Shown piece after piece: positions 51,201-64,000 of a DNA stretch of 64,000 bases; the first letter of the stretch is position 1; every line of letters starts with the position of its first letter. The notes under the pieces are model-generated. The model saw only the letters and a list, made by a program, of their open reading frames with translations, did no database searches and had not been told where the DNA came from. The stretch is from Antedon mediterranea (lineage: Eukaryota; Animalia; Echinodermata), in assembly GCF_964355755.1 (NCBI RefSeq), contig NC_092672.1, positions 7,130,001 to 7,194,000 on the forward strand. The letters run 5' to 3'. The position numbers and the translations under genes are program-made.

Positions 51201-53952
51201 AAGATTAACAAGTAAAAGCCAATTTATGAAGATTTTAACAAATGCTAATTTGGCTGTACAAATTGTTGAATAAATAAACATCACTTTACACAAAAGGGAA
51301 CGAAATAAAAACAGAATACAATGCAATCAATTATGGTGCTGGTATGGCAGTAGTACTGTGTACAGTGCTGTACTACACTGAAATGTAGGACATTCACAAA
51401 TAATGTGACCAGCCAGCCAATGGAAATCCAGATGTTAATTTGTATAAAATGTATGAGCACACAAATATTGCGATGTGTACAAAAAAGGCAATTAAAATAA
51501 ATCACAGTCTAATAGCTAAATCCACTAAGACTTGATATAAAATAAATCACAGCATAATCCTATAAGACTTGAAATATCCAATTTAGAAGGCATCATTTAT
51601 CACTGGACACACAGTGTTCAGCAATTAATGATGATACGTTTGTGCAGGTACATATAGGTACAATTCTGTGGAGTGTTCTTCGAATTGAAAGTAACTAAAT
51701 GATGTGCAAACTCCTAATTGATATGATATCTAATCTACTGTAGGATAAACTTAACACAAAAGAGTGAAATATATTTTACTTTTTATCAACATTTTTTAGC
51801 TCTTGTGTGAAGTTTCAATAATAGAACTACAAACAAAAATCCAGTGTTTTTTTTACTTTTTTTTTCCAAATTGGAACATTGTACTGTATATGTTTTAATA
51901 TGTATTGTATTTTGCTATTTTATATGTGCACAGCCCCAGGGGAAAACAACCCTGTGTTCATCTGGGCCTCTGTGGATAAAATAAAGTTGAAATTGAAATT
52001 TAATAACTTAATAATATTTTAAATTAAGGAACTTGAAAATATTTGTTAGACTTGCTTACCTAACAGCTGATTTTGGTACCGACCCATAGAGTAATGGACT
52101 TAGTCCTCGATAGAGGCCTCGAACACCATGGTTTTGGACGGTGTGTTTAGCACAGTGGATGGGGCCCTTGTACATGGGCTTTGAAGACCGCTCATCAAGC
52201 TGTAGTTGTGTTTTTACATATTCAGTAGGAAATGTGATACAGATTTCAATACCACCTGCAATGCCACCTGTAAACAAAGTAAATTATATAATTAATATGC
52301 TAAATAATACCAAATTTGGTAAATCTACAAGTGCACATAATGTTAATAGCATACATTACACATCGTTTTATTTGTACACAAATTTTACAATTTATCAAGT
52401 ACACAATGTGTATGCAGTTTTTTTGTGATAGTGTTGTTAACTGTAAATTCTTATCACACACTAATTACAATGAAAAAAGAAACAATGGATAGCTTATAGA
52501 GATAAAAAGGTCAAATGTCAATTTACATGTTAACAAAAAATCAAACATAATACCTACTGTAAGTAGTACAAGATTAAATACTGTAGTTATAATTTATTTT
52601 TGCATCATCATCATCATTATGACAAATTTTAATTCTGTAAATTATATTACAAAAGTATGTGGGGATAAAAAATAATTAATAAATAATAATTGACAGACAT
52701 TGAAAAACTCTAAACTGCTCATAATAGTGACATACTGGAAATTAATTATCTAAACGGTTCTTTATTTAAAATAAGAAAAGTGTGAGAATGAAAAAAAAAA
52801 CCTAACAAGATTCAAACCCACAATCTTCTGTGTGATATGTAGACATCCAAAAATTAGACCACTTTCATGGTATGGTTCAAATTTGGCTGGATAGCAACTC
52901 TTTTAAAGATGTATTGTCCCCAAAAAAACATGAAAAATGAAGATTGATAAAATTAGACTTTAAATAGGTCATTTTGCAGTTTTGTTAAAAGTTCACTTCT
53001 GTAAAAAAAAAAAAAAAATAAATAAATAAAACAAAATAATTATTTCACTTATAAAAAGACAAAAGAAATGCTTAATTGTAACCAAAAACCATTGTCTAGC
53101 AGACAATGTATTTTAAGTATGTTCATTGTTTTGCTTTAAATTACAGTTTTTGAGGTAAATAATTTTTTTCCGATAAAATGGCATATTAAACAAAATTTTA
53201 AAAAAAAAATTTGTTAGGGGGACAATATATCTTCTTCTAAAACATGTGTGTAAGTGTACTGTATGGCCTGAATATCCATCATAAAGGTGTTTGTATAAAA
53301 TATTCAATAAGTTTACACGTACGATAATGAAAAATGCTGGTATGGTATGCTGTAAGTTTATACTTTCAAAAATAAAATATAATACAGGACTTTTTAATTA
53401 TAATTATAAAAAATAAAGTAATATTAAATTAAAACAAAACGATTAAGCAGAGTTTTAAACATATTACATAGGCATATACTTTCTGGGTTTATATTTTTGT
53501 CTACTGAGTACAATGTTTTTTTTTATTTTTTATCAAACCTACCAGGCTTTTTAGGCTACAGTAGTACCAGCATGACATAATACTAATAGCATACATGGTT
53601 GTCTTTAAAATTATACGACTGCATACCCTTACACAGAAAAACAATCATGTTTATTAAAACAATAAAATAAAATCATTATACATGGGGAGGGTACGAAAGT
53701 GTAGTATTCTTCTAATGACTAGTGTACATAGTCACAGGTCATGGTTTTAGCCTAACCGTGTCCTTCAGCCTATAGGTGTGATTGGTTTGGAGGAGGTGGG
53801 AAGGAGGTGTGTCAAAAACAAACTTTACCTGCAAGAATAGCTTTGCCTGGGTGGGTTTTCTTTCCGCCGGTTCTTTGAGGTGCTGAAGCAGCCATTACCT
53901 GTCGTGGCATTGTAAGTGGAATATTTAGATTTGATGGTTTTATTCTATCCAT
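48202..53952 (-). CDS. SLC25A1: Mitochondrial tricarboxylate (citrate) carrier
   Basis: Exons 53952-53829, 52267-52060, 50396-50170, 49660-49440, 48973-48900, 48316-48202. Motifs [62 protein letters not shown]. Confidence 0.97.
48455..48725 (+). mobile_element. tRNA-headed SINE with Deu/Nin-domain-like core, copy 1
   Basis: A-box tggctaagtgg, core gataaggactataaac, gagtagggggttacc, A-rich tail. Inverted relative at 49688-49936. Confidence 0.65.
49688..49936 (-). mobile_element. Same SINE family, copy 2 (5'-truncated, inverted)
   Basis: Reverse complement carries ctccatgg..tcttctcggataaggactataaacagtaggtcc..aagtagggggttaccc..cacacagccactgtcac..cagtctttaactgaagagg. Confidence 0.7.
50642..51080. 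mobile_element. MITE family X, copy 2, apparently split by an unrelated ~280-bp insertion
   Basis: Left TIR taaagctctatctacactatcaaa; right end atagtagacaaagctt. The intervening 50745-51020 ends in an A-rich tail. Confidence 0.55.
52903..53233. mobile_element. Kolobok-like MITE (TTAA target); inverted relative at 61931-62245
   Basis: ttaa-agatgtattgtccc ... gggacaatatatctt TIRs. The second copy reads aagatatattgtcccc ... gacagcacatct-ttaa. Confidence 0.6.
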
Positions 53953-54434
53953 AATAAAATCGTTTTTAAAATGGATAAATTCAGGATATTTTTTTCTAGC
54001 AGCTAGGCCTAGCTGTTTAGAGCGGTGGTGGTGGTGCGAGATACTGAGAGCTAGACGTCTGATCCAGGGTTGTTTTTGCCGGTGCGGTCGGATGATCAAC
54101 GACATGCATGACTAATTACGCCTGTAGCGAAAGGCTAGGTAGCGACGTGTACTTAACTATGCGTCATAAAAACCCAACCAATCATCAATGCGAATCGTGT
54201 TTTTAGTAACTAACACCTAGACTTCAGCATTACATATGGAGGGGTATATATATGAAAAATACATTTAAAAACAATATAGAAACAAAAGCTATAAACTTAA
54301 TCATTTTAAAGCAATAAAAACATTTTAAAAAATTTATAGACGGCAATATTAATATTTACACTTAAAAAAATTGGCTCTCATGATTCAAATAACAACGGAC
54401 ATTGTGACTCAATGTAAATGGTATAGCCGACTTG

Positions 54435-54448
54435 GTTACCATGTAAAT
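54435..54448 (+). promoter_or_regulatory. Candidate RFX X-box upstream of tektin-1
   Basis: GTTACCATGTAAAT resembles GTTRCCATGGYAAC. It lies ~550 bp before the ATG of an axonemal gene, upstream of the acceptor at 54978. Confidence 0.45.
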
Positions 54449-54994
54449 ATCCGATGCGTTTACACGCGTGGAGATAGACAACAAAAACAGTAGTCGGTCG
54501 TTGTGTTGTATCATCCACGTTAAGTTTATTAATCAGAGATTTTCTTTTTCTGCAAGAACTGAATAATGTAAGTTTAGTTTAATAGTAATAATTACATTTT
54601 TATAAACTAAAGTATGAGTTGGTGACAGTATATAATACTTATAGTTGTGATGTGTTAAAATAGGCCTAAAATATAATGATTGAGAGAGAGGACTGAGACT
54701 GAGTGAGTGGTCACCCATCATGATGTCATGAGCCTGACTGGTGGGAGAAAGTAGGAGGCCTAGCTAGTACGAATCAGGTGCCGATATAAGGCCCCATACA
54801 CTAGCTAGGCCTAGCAAGACGAGCGAGTAGTAAGGTTAGGCCGCCAACCATTAATTTTTATATAGGCCTAGCTAGGCCTAATAATGTCATGAATTAATGA
54901 TGGGGATTTTTTTACGTATTAAAAATTGTAAAAAAATGTTTTTATTTTAAAACATTTTTTATACAATCTTTCTTTCAGATATCAAATAATAAAA

Positions 54995-57918
54995 ATGGCA
55001 AAACTGATCCAAGCACCATCTGTATTCACTCATCCTGAATGGACCCTAAATAATCATCTTGAGTATGACAGCGCAGAAAAGCAACGTGCAAGCGCTGAAA
55101 GACTAATTGCAGAGAGTGACAGGTTGATTGATGAAACCGACAAGACAACGAAGAAGACACAAAGAGATGTTAATAAGAAATTTGGTATGTTTTTCACACT
55201 GTTTACAATAAATCCATTGTTTTATGATATCAATTAATATTCAGCTAGCCTAGTAAGTAGTAAGGTACATGTGAAAAATAAAAGGTTACAGTATTTAGGC
55301 TAATTTATTTTATTTGACTAGGCCTAGACCTTAATTAAAAAGCATAGTACTGCATTATGTTGTGAAATAGTGATTTGATGTCATAAGCCTATTTTCCCAA
55401 GAATATTCAATAAAATGTGATGCGAGTTTATTCTTTCTAGGCCTATTTAAAATTTATTTTTGTTTTTTGTCAATTAGTATCTCCTTATTACCCACAGTAA
55501 ATCCCCTACGTATAAATGGATTATCAATAATTAAGTTTTTAATTTTGTTTGAAAATGCAGCAGATTCAGTTTTAATGTTTATATTTTATTTCCAGATCAA
55601 AGAATAGATAATGTTACATTTTGGAAAGATGAGTTAGATCGTAAACTAGATGACAGTAAACAGGAGATTGATATGCTTCTAGCTTACAAGACTAGATTGG
55701 AAAGTGCCTTTGAAGCCTGTAAAGAACCACTCGCAATTGTAACTCAGTGCCTAGCAAATAGGTAAGACACATTGAGCCATAAGTCTCTTACTTAAAATAT
55801 AGAATATGGTTATTTACATAAAACGTGGACCAACGGGCTGTTGTGCGGAAACACCAATCAGAAAAGTCTCATGGTAGTAGTATCAGCAAGTTATAGCGAC
55901 ATCATACTTGATTTGAAATGTAGTCAGGTTCAAATCTTGTGTGCATTCCAAAAAAGAAAATTGAAATAAAATTAAAGACATATATTTGCTTATTTCCTTC
56001 CTAACATTGTTAGCTGTGTCCTGCAACCATGAAATTTATGATTTAATTCAAAATTATTTCCAGTTTTAATATATTTTTGTTACTAATTTTCAATTTTACT
56101 ATTTATACAGAGAGAGTCGTGTTGCAATAGACTTAGTTCACGATGACGTGCAGAAAAATCTGATTAAAGAGCGTGAAGTGATTCAAGGGGTGATGGCGCT
56201 GTTACAGCGTACACTGGAGCAGACAACAGAGCAAATAAGGGTCATGAGATCAAAGAAGTATTATCTTGAAAAAGACCTCAAAGACAAATTTCAAGCTCTG
56301 AGCATTGACGGAGATTGTCGTGAGTTAAGAGATGATCATTCGGGATTAAGATCAGCCCCCGGATCTGCAAAGATCGAAGCAAAGTAAGTTCCCCTCAGAA
56401 CACACTTCCTTAATATCCATATCCCAAGAATGTTTCAGATTGCTAAAACTAAACTTTATTCATCATTTTAGTATTTCACGGTGTACAGTACTTTCAATTG
56501 AAAGGCACTATATCTGCAGTATTAGCCTTACTGGATCAGTATTCAAGTTGTCATTATTTATCACCAGTACAACAGTTGAAAATGAACAATAACTTTTACC
56601 AAACGTCATTACAATAGCCACCATAATATTATTGCTTGTGATGTATTAGTTTGCATCAGGGCATTAAGTAATTGGTTACAAACAATTACAATCCTGTTGG
56701 TGCAGTACCCGCTGCTTACTTGGTCTCGAATCTAACCCATAGCCATCAGCGTAAGCTCGTATGAATGCCAGGTCTGGAGGTTGTGTGTTTGCATCCCACC
56801 AAAGAATGACTATTCTCAATGTACTTGGTATAATTTAATAAAGTATAAATTTCGTAATGTACTTGGTATAAAGTATAAATTTCGTCAGAGTAGGACAAAC
56901 ATCTGACCAATGAATAGCCATCATCATAACACTATGACATAATATTAATATTTCTTATTACATTATAATTACAGCTCTGTAACACCAGAGAGTTGGCAAG
57001 ACTTTTCAGATGAAAACATTACCAAAGCAGAAAAACAAAGGAAGTGTGCAGTGGATTTAAGAAGCATCATTGATAGTATCCTGACGACGACAGCTAATGA
57101 CATGCAACAACAAGTTGATGACACAAACCTGGCGTTTAATAAGAGAATTGAGGAGACGGCAACTGCTAAGAGCAAGCTAGAAGCTCACCTAGGCAGGGTA
57201 GGTCATGTTTGCAGTACAGTGCCTGTCAGTGGTCTCATGTGCTGAATGAGCATAGGATCCAAGGGTTCTCTCTCCCATAAGCCAAAAAAAACCACATATT
57301 TATAATATTTTCACTTTTTAGTGTATGATAGATGATTAGATTGCATTAAAACAACTACCATGATTAGTACTTTAATAATAATTTGAATATGTATGTGGCG
57401 CTCTTTACCAAGAATAACAATCTAGTGGCAGAACCAGGATTTTGAAAAATGAGGTGCTGAACTTAATGTCCTACTTTTTGAGTTTGATTAAGTGCTCCCA
57501 AAAATGTTATAAAAATGTTTATTAACATACATTCTAATAAAGTCTTGATTCTTTTTATTAGGTTCTTGGTCAAATACGAGACATGGAGGGAAACATTGAG
57601 AAATTACAGAAATCTATCGACGATAAAGTTGGACCAATGAAGTTATCCGAGACTAGGTTAAATGCACGTGCTACACGACCAAACGTTGAATTGTGCCGTG
57701 ACCCAGTGCAGTACCGTCTTATCAATGAAGTGTCTGAAATAGATACGAATGTGAAGCGCCTCCAAGAAACTCTAGCGCAAGCAGAAATGGAACTCAAAGG
57801 CCTGATACGTAACCAGCTTCGTTTGGAGGAAGATATCGACGTGAAATCAAACACACTCAACATCGATGAAGCAAACTGCATGGGAATTCGAAAAAGCGTC
57901 TTTATAAAAAAATTCTAA
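54995..57918 (+). CDS. TEKT1: Tektin-1 (tektin C), 402 aa
   Basis: Exons 54995-55184, 55596-55761, 56111-56383, 56975-57197, 57562-57918. N-terminus MAKLIQAP..EW, IDLVHDDV, and the tektin signature RPNVELCRD. Confidence 0.96.
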
Positions 57919-58126
57919 AGCAAAGCACTGTTGAAATAAACTAAACTCTTTTTAGTTCTATGTAATTTTACTATACAGGTACAGTATTAATAAAGTATAA
58001 TGTACTAAACTAACTATTTCTGTGATTTTTATCTGTAATATTTATGTATGTATAATAGAATCATTCAATTTAAATATTAATCCGTCCAATACTATCTATA
58101 TTGCAATTTATCCTATGTAATAATAT

Positions 58127-58289
58127 ACAAATAATGAATGTTTATGAGTGCAATGGTACAAATAATGGCACGAGGTGAATGATGAAAGGTTATATCAACG
58201 AGGCAAAGCCGAGTTGATATAACCTTTCATCATTCACCAAGTGCCATTATTTGTACCATTACACGAATACAAAAACATTCATTATTTGT
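58127..58289. repeat. ~160-bp near-perfect palindrome (foldback/MITE-like) downstream of TEKT1
   Basis: Arms ..ggtgaatgatgaaaggttatatcaac / gttgatataacctttcatcattcacc.. around the centre gaggcaaagccga. Confidence 0.85.
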
Positions 58290-59463
58290 TTTATATAACA
58301 TCTAAATAACAAACAAAAATGTTTCAAAAAGTACTATTTAACGATCGTTGAATAGTGCGTACTATTGCACGCCATGTGACCCACATTCGTCAAATCAAAT
58401 GACAGGAATTTATATAGGTGTTATATAATATCATCATTTTAATGTATTTTAGAGAATATTGTAAATAAAGTATGAAATACAATGTAGCAAGTCATACTTG
58501 TATGTATAAAGAGAGCATAACAAATAAAAAAATCAGATTAAATATATTTGTATTTTCATTTATTTCTTCTTATTTTATAGCATAAATTTTGTGTAAACAC
58601 CCTTGACAATAAAACTGACTAAACATAGAAATGTGTTTGAAAATAGTAAGTAGTCTATAGACTGACTCTCGTGTATTTGACCTTTGACACAGCAATATTT
58701 ATAATATAATCTTATATACATTTAGTTTCATAGTTTTAAAATATTCAGTAATATGGTACTGGAGCCTGGAGGGATATTTTAAGATATTTACATATCTTTG
58801 TTTTTGTTCTATGAGCTGTTAGATTAAGATTTTTTTTTCTCTCTTTTGCTATGGATATAATAATATGTCACCATGATATTCTGAAATAAAAAGATAAATG
58901 AAATGAAATATTTATAAATCAACTAATTGTCAAATTCCATCTTGATACATATCACCACAAAAAGTAAATACAACAATTTGTATTAAAACCAACATTTAGT
59001 TAAAAATTAAGATCGATGGAAATAGTACAAAGCATACAATGGAAATGGTACGACTAACTTGGAAGCGACCAATCTCATAGACAGAATATTATTTTACTAT
59101 TAATAATAATAATAATATTAATATTTATTCGGCAAAAGTTCATAAAGTACATTTTACAATTCATCTTGCCAGGAGCAAGTAATAGGCATGAGCCCAAACA
59201 GAAAACTGCTCTTACTCCATCATTACTTATAAAATACAAAAATAACAAAACTAAGTAGCACAAATTAAGTCAAAATAAAACAAAACAAAACAAAGTTATA
59301 ATGAGATACACCAATTAAAAATAAGCTGCATTGAATAAACAATATAAACAATTCCAGTACAACTTAATATTTTGAGATCAAATGTTTGATGAGTTGGGCT
59401 TTAAAGTCTGAAATTGTTTAGAATGGTATGATCCTACAGGAAGCAACAAACAGAATATTATTA

Positions 59464-62400
59464 TTATTTGGCCATGCTTTTATGTCTGTAAATGTCTTTT
59501 TTTGGCTCCTCATAATGTTCACGGTGTAGATTGGTTTGGTCTACTTGTTCCTGTACATACATCTTGATATAATGCACAAATTCAAAGATAACCTAGCAGA
59601 AATAGAAATAAAATGTATAAAACTCTATCTACAATATCAAACTTTATGTGACAAAAAAATGTGATATGCCCAAATATGGAAGTGATATGACATCATCATG
59701 TCACATCACATTTTTTGTCATATAAAGTTTGATAGTGTAGGCAGAGCTTTACAATGAAAATACAGTATAAACCACTGTAAAACAACCTAGTTGCAGTATT
59801 TGTTAACAAATGTTGAAAAAACAGTTGCCCAAAACTCAAGTGGGCATGGAACATTAAACTTAAACTTTCAACAATTTCCACCTCCCTATGTACACCAATA
59901 GTGAGATTGTTACACTGTGCTGTAGTTGTTTACTTTCTGTTTTACAACCAGTGCCAATGTAGTATATACTTATCAGGGAAATGCAATTAAAAATGTTATT
60001 TATCAATGAATTTTCTGTATTTGTTACAATTAAAATGACAACATCCATTCTAATACGAAGCTTTCTATGCGCTTCAACCTACACGATGTGTCAGTAGTGG
60101 TCTAACCTAGAAATCACCAAAACTGAGTTGGCGGAATAGATCATGGTAGCATGTCCAAACTTCCTTGGGCACAATAGATTAACATCTTAGGTCATCGAAA
60201 GCCTCTTATTAAAAACCCTTGGAAGATCTGGGTTGGCTAGGCAGTTAATACCTTACCTCAACAGTAATCAGTGCAATTATCATCCACTCCAACCTAAATG
60301 AATGCTGTTCATTCAAGTGTGTCCGCATTAGTTCTACAAGCTCTGAACAATGATTTAGTTTCTCATTTAACACCTAAAAAAGATAAATATAGAAGAAGAC
60401 AATGTAACATATGTTTTTGAAAAAAACCATGCATTTTATTCTTTTATGTGTACATGTGAAATGTATATACTGTATAAAAATGCAGGCGTAAAGTTTTATA
60501 CTTTATATAAGTTTCTTTCCACACATACTATTATCGTACGTGTTAATATAATTAATATTTTATGTATTTTTAATATATGTGTGGAGAATATTATTGAATA
60601 CTTAAGGAATGCATTTTATTTTTTTTATGTGTAAATTTGAAATGTATATACTGTATAAAATTGCAGGCGTAAAGTTTTATACTTTATATAAGTTTCCTTC
60701 CACACATACTATGTTTTTATTAACTATTATCGTACGTGTTAATATTATAATTATTATTTTATGTATTTTTAATATATGTGTGGAGAATATTTATTGTATA
60801 TTGAATGAATGAATGGATGATATACTGGGAAATAATTTATAAACTTTGAAGATTATGGAATATAACAATAGTATTTCTGGCTTGTTCCTACTTTAGTTCT
60901 TCTTGATATGCTAAGAAAGTTACACGTCTTGGTGAACATCAGCTCCAAATCATCATGGTTCCAGTAAAAATCGGGAGAGATAAGCAGGTCAGAGGTCAAG
61001 TTGATTCGATGACGTAAACTAAACAGCTCTCCCAGCTTTTTTAATACTTGCTCTTTGCTCATTTTCAGTTTTTTTCCAGCTTTCAAATTCTGATAGAACA
61101 ATGGTTTCCAGTTAGTATGAAAACATATGAATAGAAGTTAGATAATTAAAAATCTTTGGTCACAGGATGTGGTCATTTCACCATCATCTATACTAAGCAA
61201 CCATAATTGTTTGGGCAACAAAACAATCACAATCATGTCTCTAAATACTGGACAAACAATTAACGTTCACAAACAAATACAATTTACTTTAATTTCATGG
61301 ATGAAAAGTACAACAACCTTTATACTTACATCTGGGACCCATTCTATAGAAGTCACAAACTTATCCAGAGACCACTCCCAAATAGCTAATTTCACTTTAA
61401 AAAATAAAGAAATAAATATTATATGACAAACAAAAATATGCAAGAAAATGAGAAATAGGAATGCAAATGGAAAATATGAGTTGCATTCAGTTCAGTTAAA
61501 CCATTCAATAAGAAATTAATTTTAACATACATGCCTTTATGAAAACGTGGTTGGTAAATAGGTACAGCAGCAAAATACAAATTAGCAGTGGCGGATCCAG
61601 GATTTTGAAATAGGGGGGGGGGGGGGGCCAGGGCCTAAAAGTAGTGATGGAATGAAGTGCAGAAATTTAGAGAGGGTCTGGGTTGGCTGGGCCTCCACCA
61701 TTGAATCTGCCCTGATTAGTAATTGAATTCCATTTATTTTCAGCACACATTGAATAGAGAGACACTTACCAGATAGTGCAAGGGCATTTGAAAAGGCAAA
61801 TTTTTCTAAAACTGTTCTTTCTGGACTGTTGTTTTCATGTATAATAATGGTATCAGCATCTGCAATTCTAGTGGCCTCACTATAAGAGAAACATAATACA
61901 AGTTTTTAAATTATTATTCGTAAAAATGTGTAAGATATATTGTCCCCTGAAAAATATTGTTTGTAAATTGTTTTTGAATATTTTTTTCAGTATCAAATAA
62001 TATTTATTCACAAAATTGAATTGAAAAAAAAAATGTAATTGTAATTTTAAAAATAATTATTCAAATTGGCTGCCAATTTAGTTGGATTTAGCCATTTATT
62101 TTGTCATTTTATAAGTGAAAACATTGTTTTTTGTGTTTTTTTTTTGCAGAAGTAATTCATTTTGATTACTGTAAACTATAAAATTTCCTATTCAAATTCT
62201 TTTATTAATCTTCATTCATGTTTTTTGAAGACAGCACATCTTTAATCCTGATTGGTTAGTTAGATAGAAGAACTCTTTTAATCACGCAGGCAGAATGTGT
62301 ACTTTATTATGCAGTTTAAGGTATGGTAAATGGTATTTGAAGAACAGTAGTGGCATTTCTTACCTATCATATGTGTAACTCATTTGTTCATTTTCCCAAG

Positions 62401-64000
62401 TCACTAGGGCAATCTCATACGCCTGTGATTCATGTTTTGTTATCGTCCTTATTACACCTTTAATCTACAAAAAAAAATATTTACTAACAAAACAACAAAT
62501 AAAAAACAGAATCACAAGTAACCATACCACCCTCTTTAAAGAAATTTATAAATAAGAATTTTGGTATAGAAATCAACGTACAGGCTTGATATTGTGATAG
62601 AGTGACCACTGTTTTTATTTAAATTACGTACCACTAGCTCAGGTACGTTCCAGAAGACAACAGAGCCCTCTCTAAATAGGAAGATCTCTCTTGGTTCTTC
62701 ATCTCTTTCACCAGATATATTAAGGAATTGCATATGAAGGACATCTTGGGAATCTAAGAAACAGAAGAGTCAACTATTATTTTCAAGTTAAAAATAAATA
62801 TCCATATAAAAAAAATGAAGAAATTGAAAATTGCACACTAGTATGAGGATTCGAAATATCAGGAAAATGATTTTTATTATTTGATTGATTATTAGAAGAT
62901 TTGAGAGGTCACTGTCTGCTTTTGAGTACAATTGACTTGCACCCATGTGTTTATTTCAATCATATATATGTAAATCCAAACGCAAATTACTGAAAAAAAT
63001 GACAATGCTGTGGGTATCAGTGGCTGGATCTCAATGGAGATACAAAAATAAAAAGCGAAAAGCTAAATCAAAACGATAAAGTAAACAGCCAGAAAAGTTA
63101 GCAGAGCTTTCGGGCAACACTAGCCCTTCATCAGTGCAAGTGAAGGAATTTGGATAACGTCATAGTATAAAGCTGGCAAGTGCTGCCTGGGTGGACAGGA
63201 ATAAAAGAAATATAACAAAGGGAGCCAGGGTGGAGTCTGAATAAGAGTAGAAAACAAAGAAGGTAGCTTGGTAGAGATATAAACAATAAACAAAATCATA
63301 TATATAAATCCAAAGATCCAGCCACTGATACCCACAGCATTGTCATTTTTTTCAGTAATTTGCCTTTGGATTTATATATATTCAAAAATATATAAAAGAG
63401 AATTATGTACAGTATACAGTACAACAATACTAGAAAGACTTTTATTTATTGTTTATGTAAAGCATCTTGTGCATATGTTTGTTTTGTGAACAGGATTGCC
63501 ACCTTTAAGAAGGATAGTGAATGAATACTCTTATGGTTATACAGGAATTTGGCTAAATTATATAAGAAAAAAATACTAGATTAACCTGGAGGCATGTAAG
63601 CTTCTCTGAACAAACCCTGCGCTTGTAGATCTAGGCTTAGGTGTTCCAGGTTGTACTCTTCAGCTGTAGAATAAGCAGTCACTACTCCAAGGCCCTAGAA
63701 AAAAAAACCATAAGTTTTGCAAATGCTAAAAATCAATAATAAAAGTGCTTTGAAAAAAAAATTCTGAGAAAGAATAAAGCAGCTTCCCTGCCTTTTTGTT
63801 AATAAGTAATAATGTCCTACCAAGGCTGGAAATTTATTCATCTTTCTATATCTATTAAATACCTGTGTATCCAAGGCCAATCTAGCTGGTTTCTTTGTCC
63901 TGTGTTTTGCACCCTTTAGTTTCTGTCCTTTTTGATTAGTTCGGTTACTTTTGCCTTTTTTAACAGTCATCGCAAACACTATTGGCCTGTTTTTATCATC
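59464..64000 (-). CDS. RMND1: Required for meiotic nuclear division 1 homolog (mitochondrial), 5' end outside the window
   Basis: Approximate exons 64000-63863, 63694-63586, 62753-62632, 62464-62364, 61879-61770, 61393-61329, 61089-60892, 60373-60257, 59592-59464. Motifs [62 protein letters not shown]. Confidence 0.93.
59618..59751. mobile_element. MITE family X, copy 3
   Basis: aaactctatctacaatatcaaactttatgtgacaaaaaa / ttttttgtcatataaagtttgatagtgtaggcagagcttt. Confidence 0.75.
60430..60800 (+). repeat. ~180-bp tandem duplication in an RMND1 intron
   Basis: atgcattttatt..gcaggcgtaaagttttatactttatataagttt..gtggagaatatt occurs twice. Confidence 0.9.
61586..61714. mobile_element. Small hAT-like MITE with 5-bp TSD (attag)
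   Basis: attag-CAGTGGCGGATCC ... GAATCTGCCCTG-attag. A related fragment lies near 57423. Confidence 0.6.
62962..63381 (-). mobile_element. Penelope-like element remnant with ~70-bp inverted ends
   Basis: 62962-63031 is the inverted copy of 63314-63381. It contains a minimal hammerhead motif typical of Penelope pLTRs. Confidence 0.7.
63101..63137 (-). ncRNA. Minimal type I hammerhead ribozyme (Penelope type)
   Basis: Minus strand GCA-CUGAUGA-A-GGGC-uaguguu-GCCC-GAAA-GC-UC-UGC: intact core, 4-bp stem II, palindromic AGCU stem III, short stem I. Confidence 0.75.

Overview
AT-rich eukaryotic (animal) genomic DNA with spliceosomal introns. Gene content and repeats suggest a marine invertebrate, probably an echinoderm-like deuterostome (inference). 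From left to right: (1) 4.2-20.9 kb is a block of 11 non-autonomous Helentron-type (HINE/DINE-1-like) units from four related families, which parse as a nested stack inserted into one another's T-rich tract behind the 5' head. (2) 23.3-45.1 kb (+) is a 27-coding-exon, ~2070-aa GRL101/RXFP-like GPCR: signal peptide, (YPDTTS)n/poly-Tyr stalk, 7 SRCR, C-type-lectin-like domain, LDLa, kringle, further LDLa, LRR and 7TM, with a tandemly duplicated last exon. (3) Its first coding intron holds a near full-length antisense APE-RT LINE whose ORF1 carries a 2A StopGo motif and is joined in frame to ORF2 by a single UAG-GGG; the LINE is interrupted by a truncated L2-like LINE. (4) SLC25A1 (-) and TEKT1 (+) lie head to head, followed by the 3' part of RMND1 (-). 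MITEs, SINEs and a Penelope-type hammerhead ribozyme are scattered throughout. Exon and repeat coordinates were read by eye and may be off by a few bases; no database search was run.
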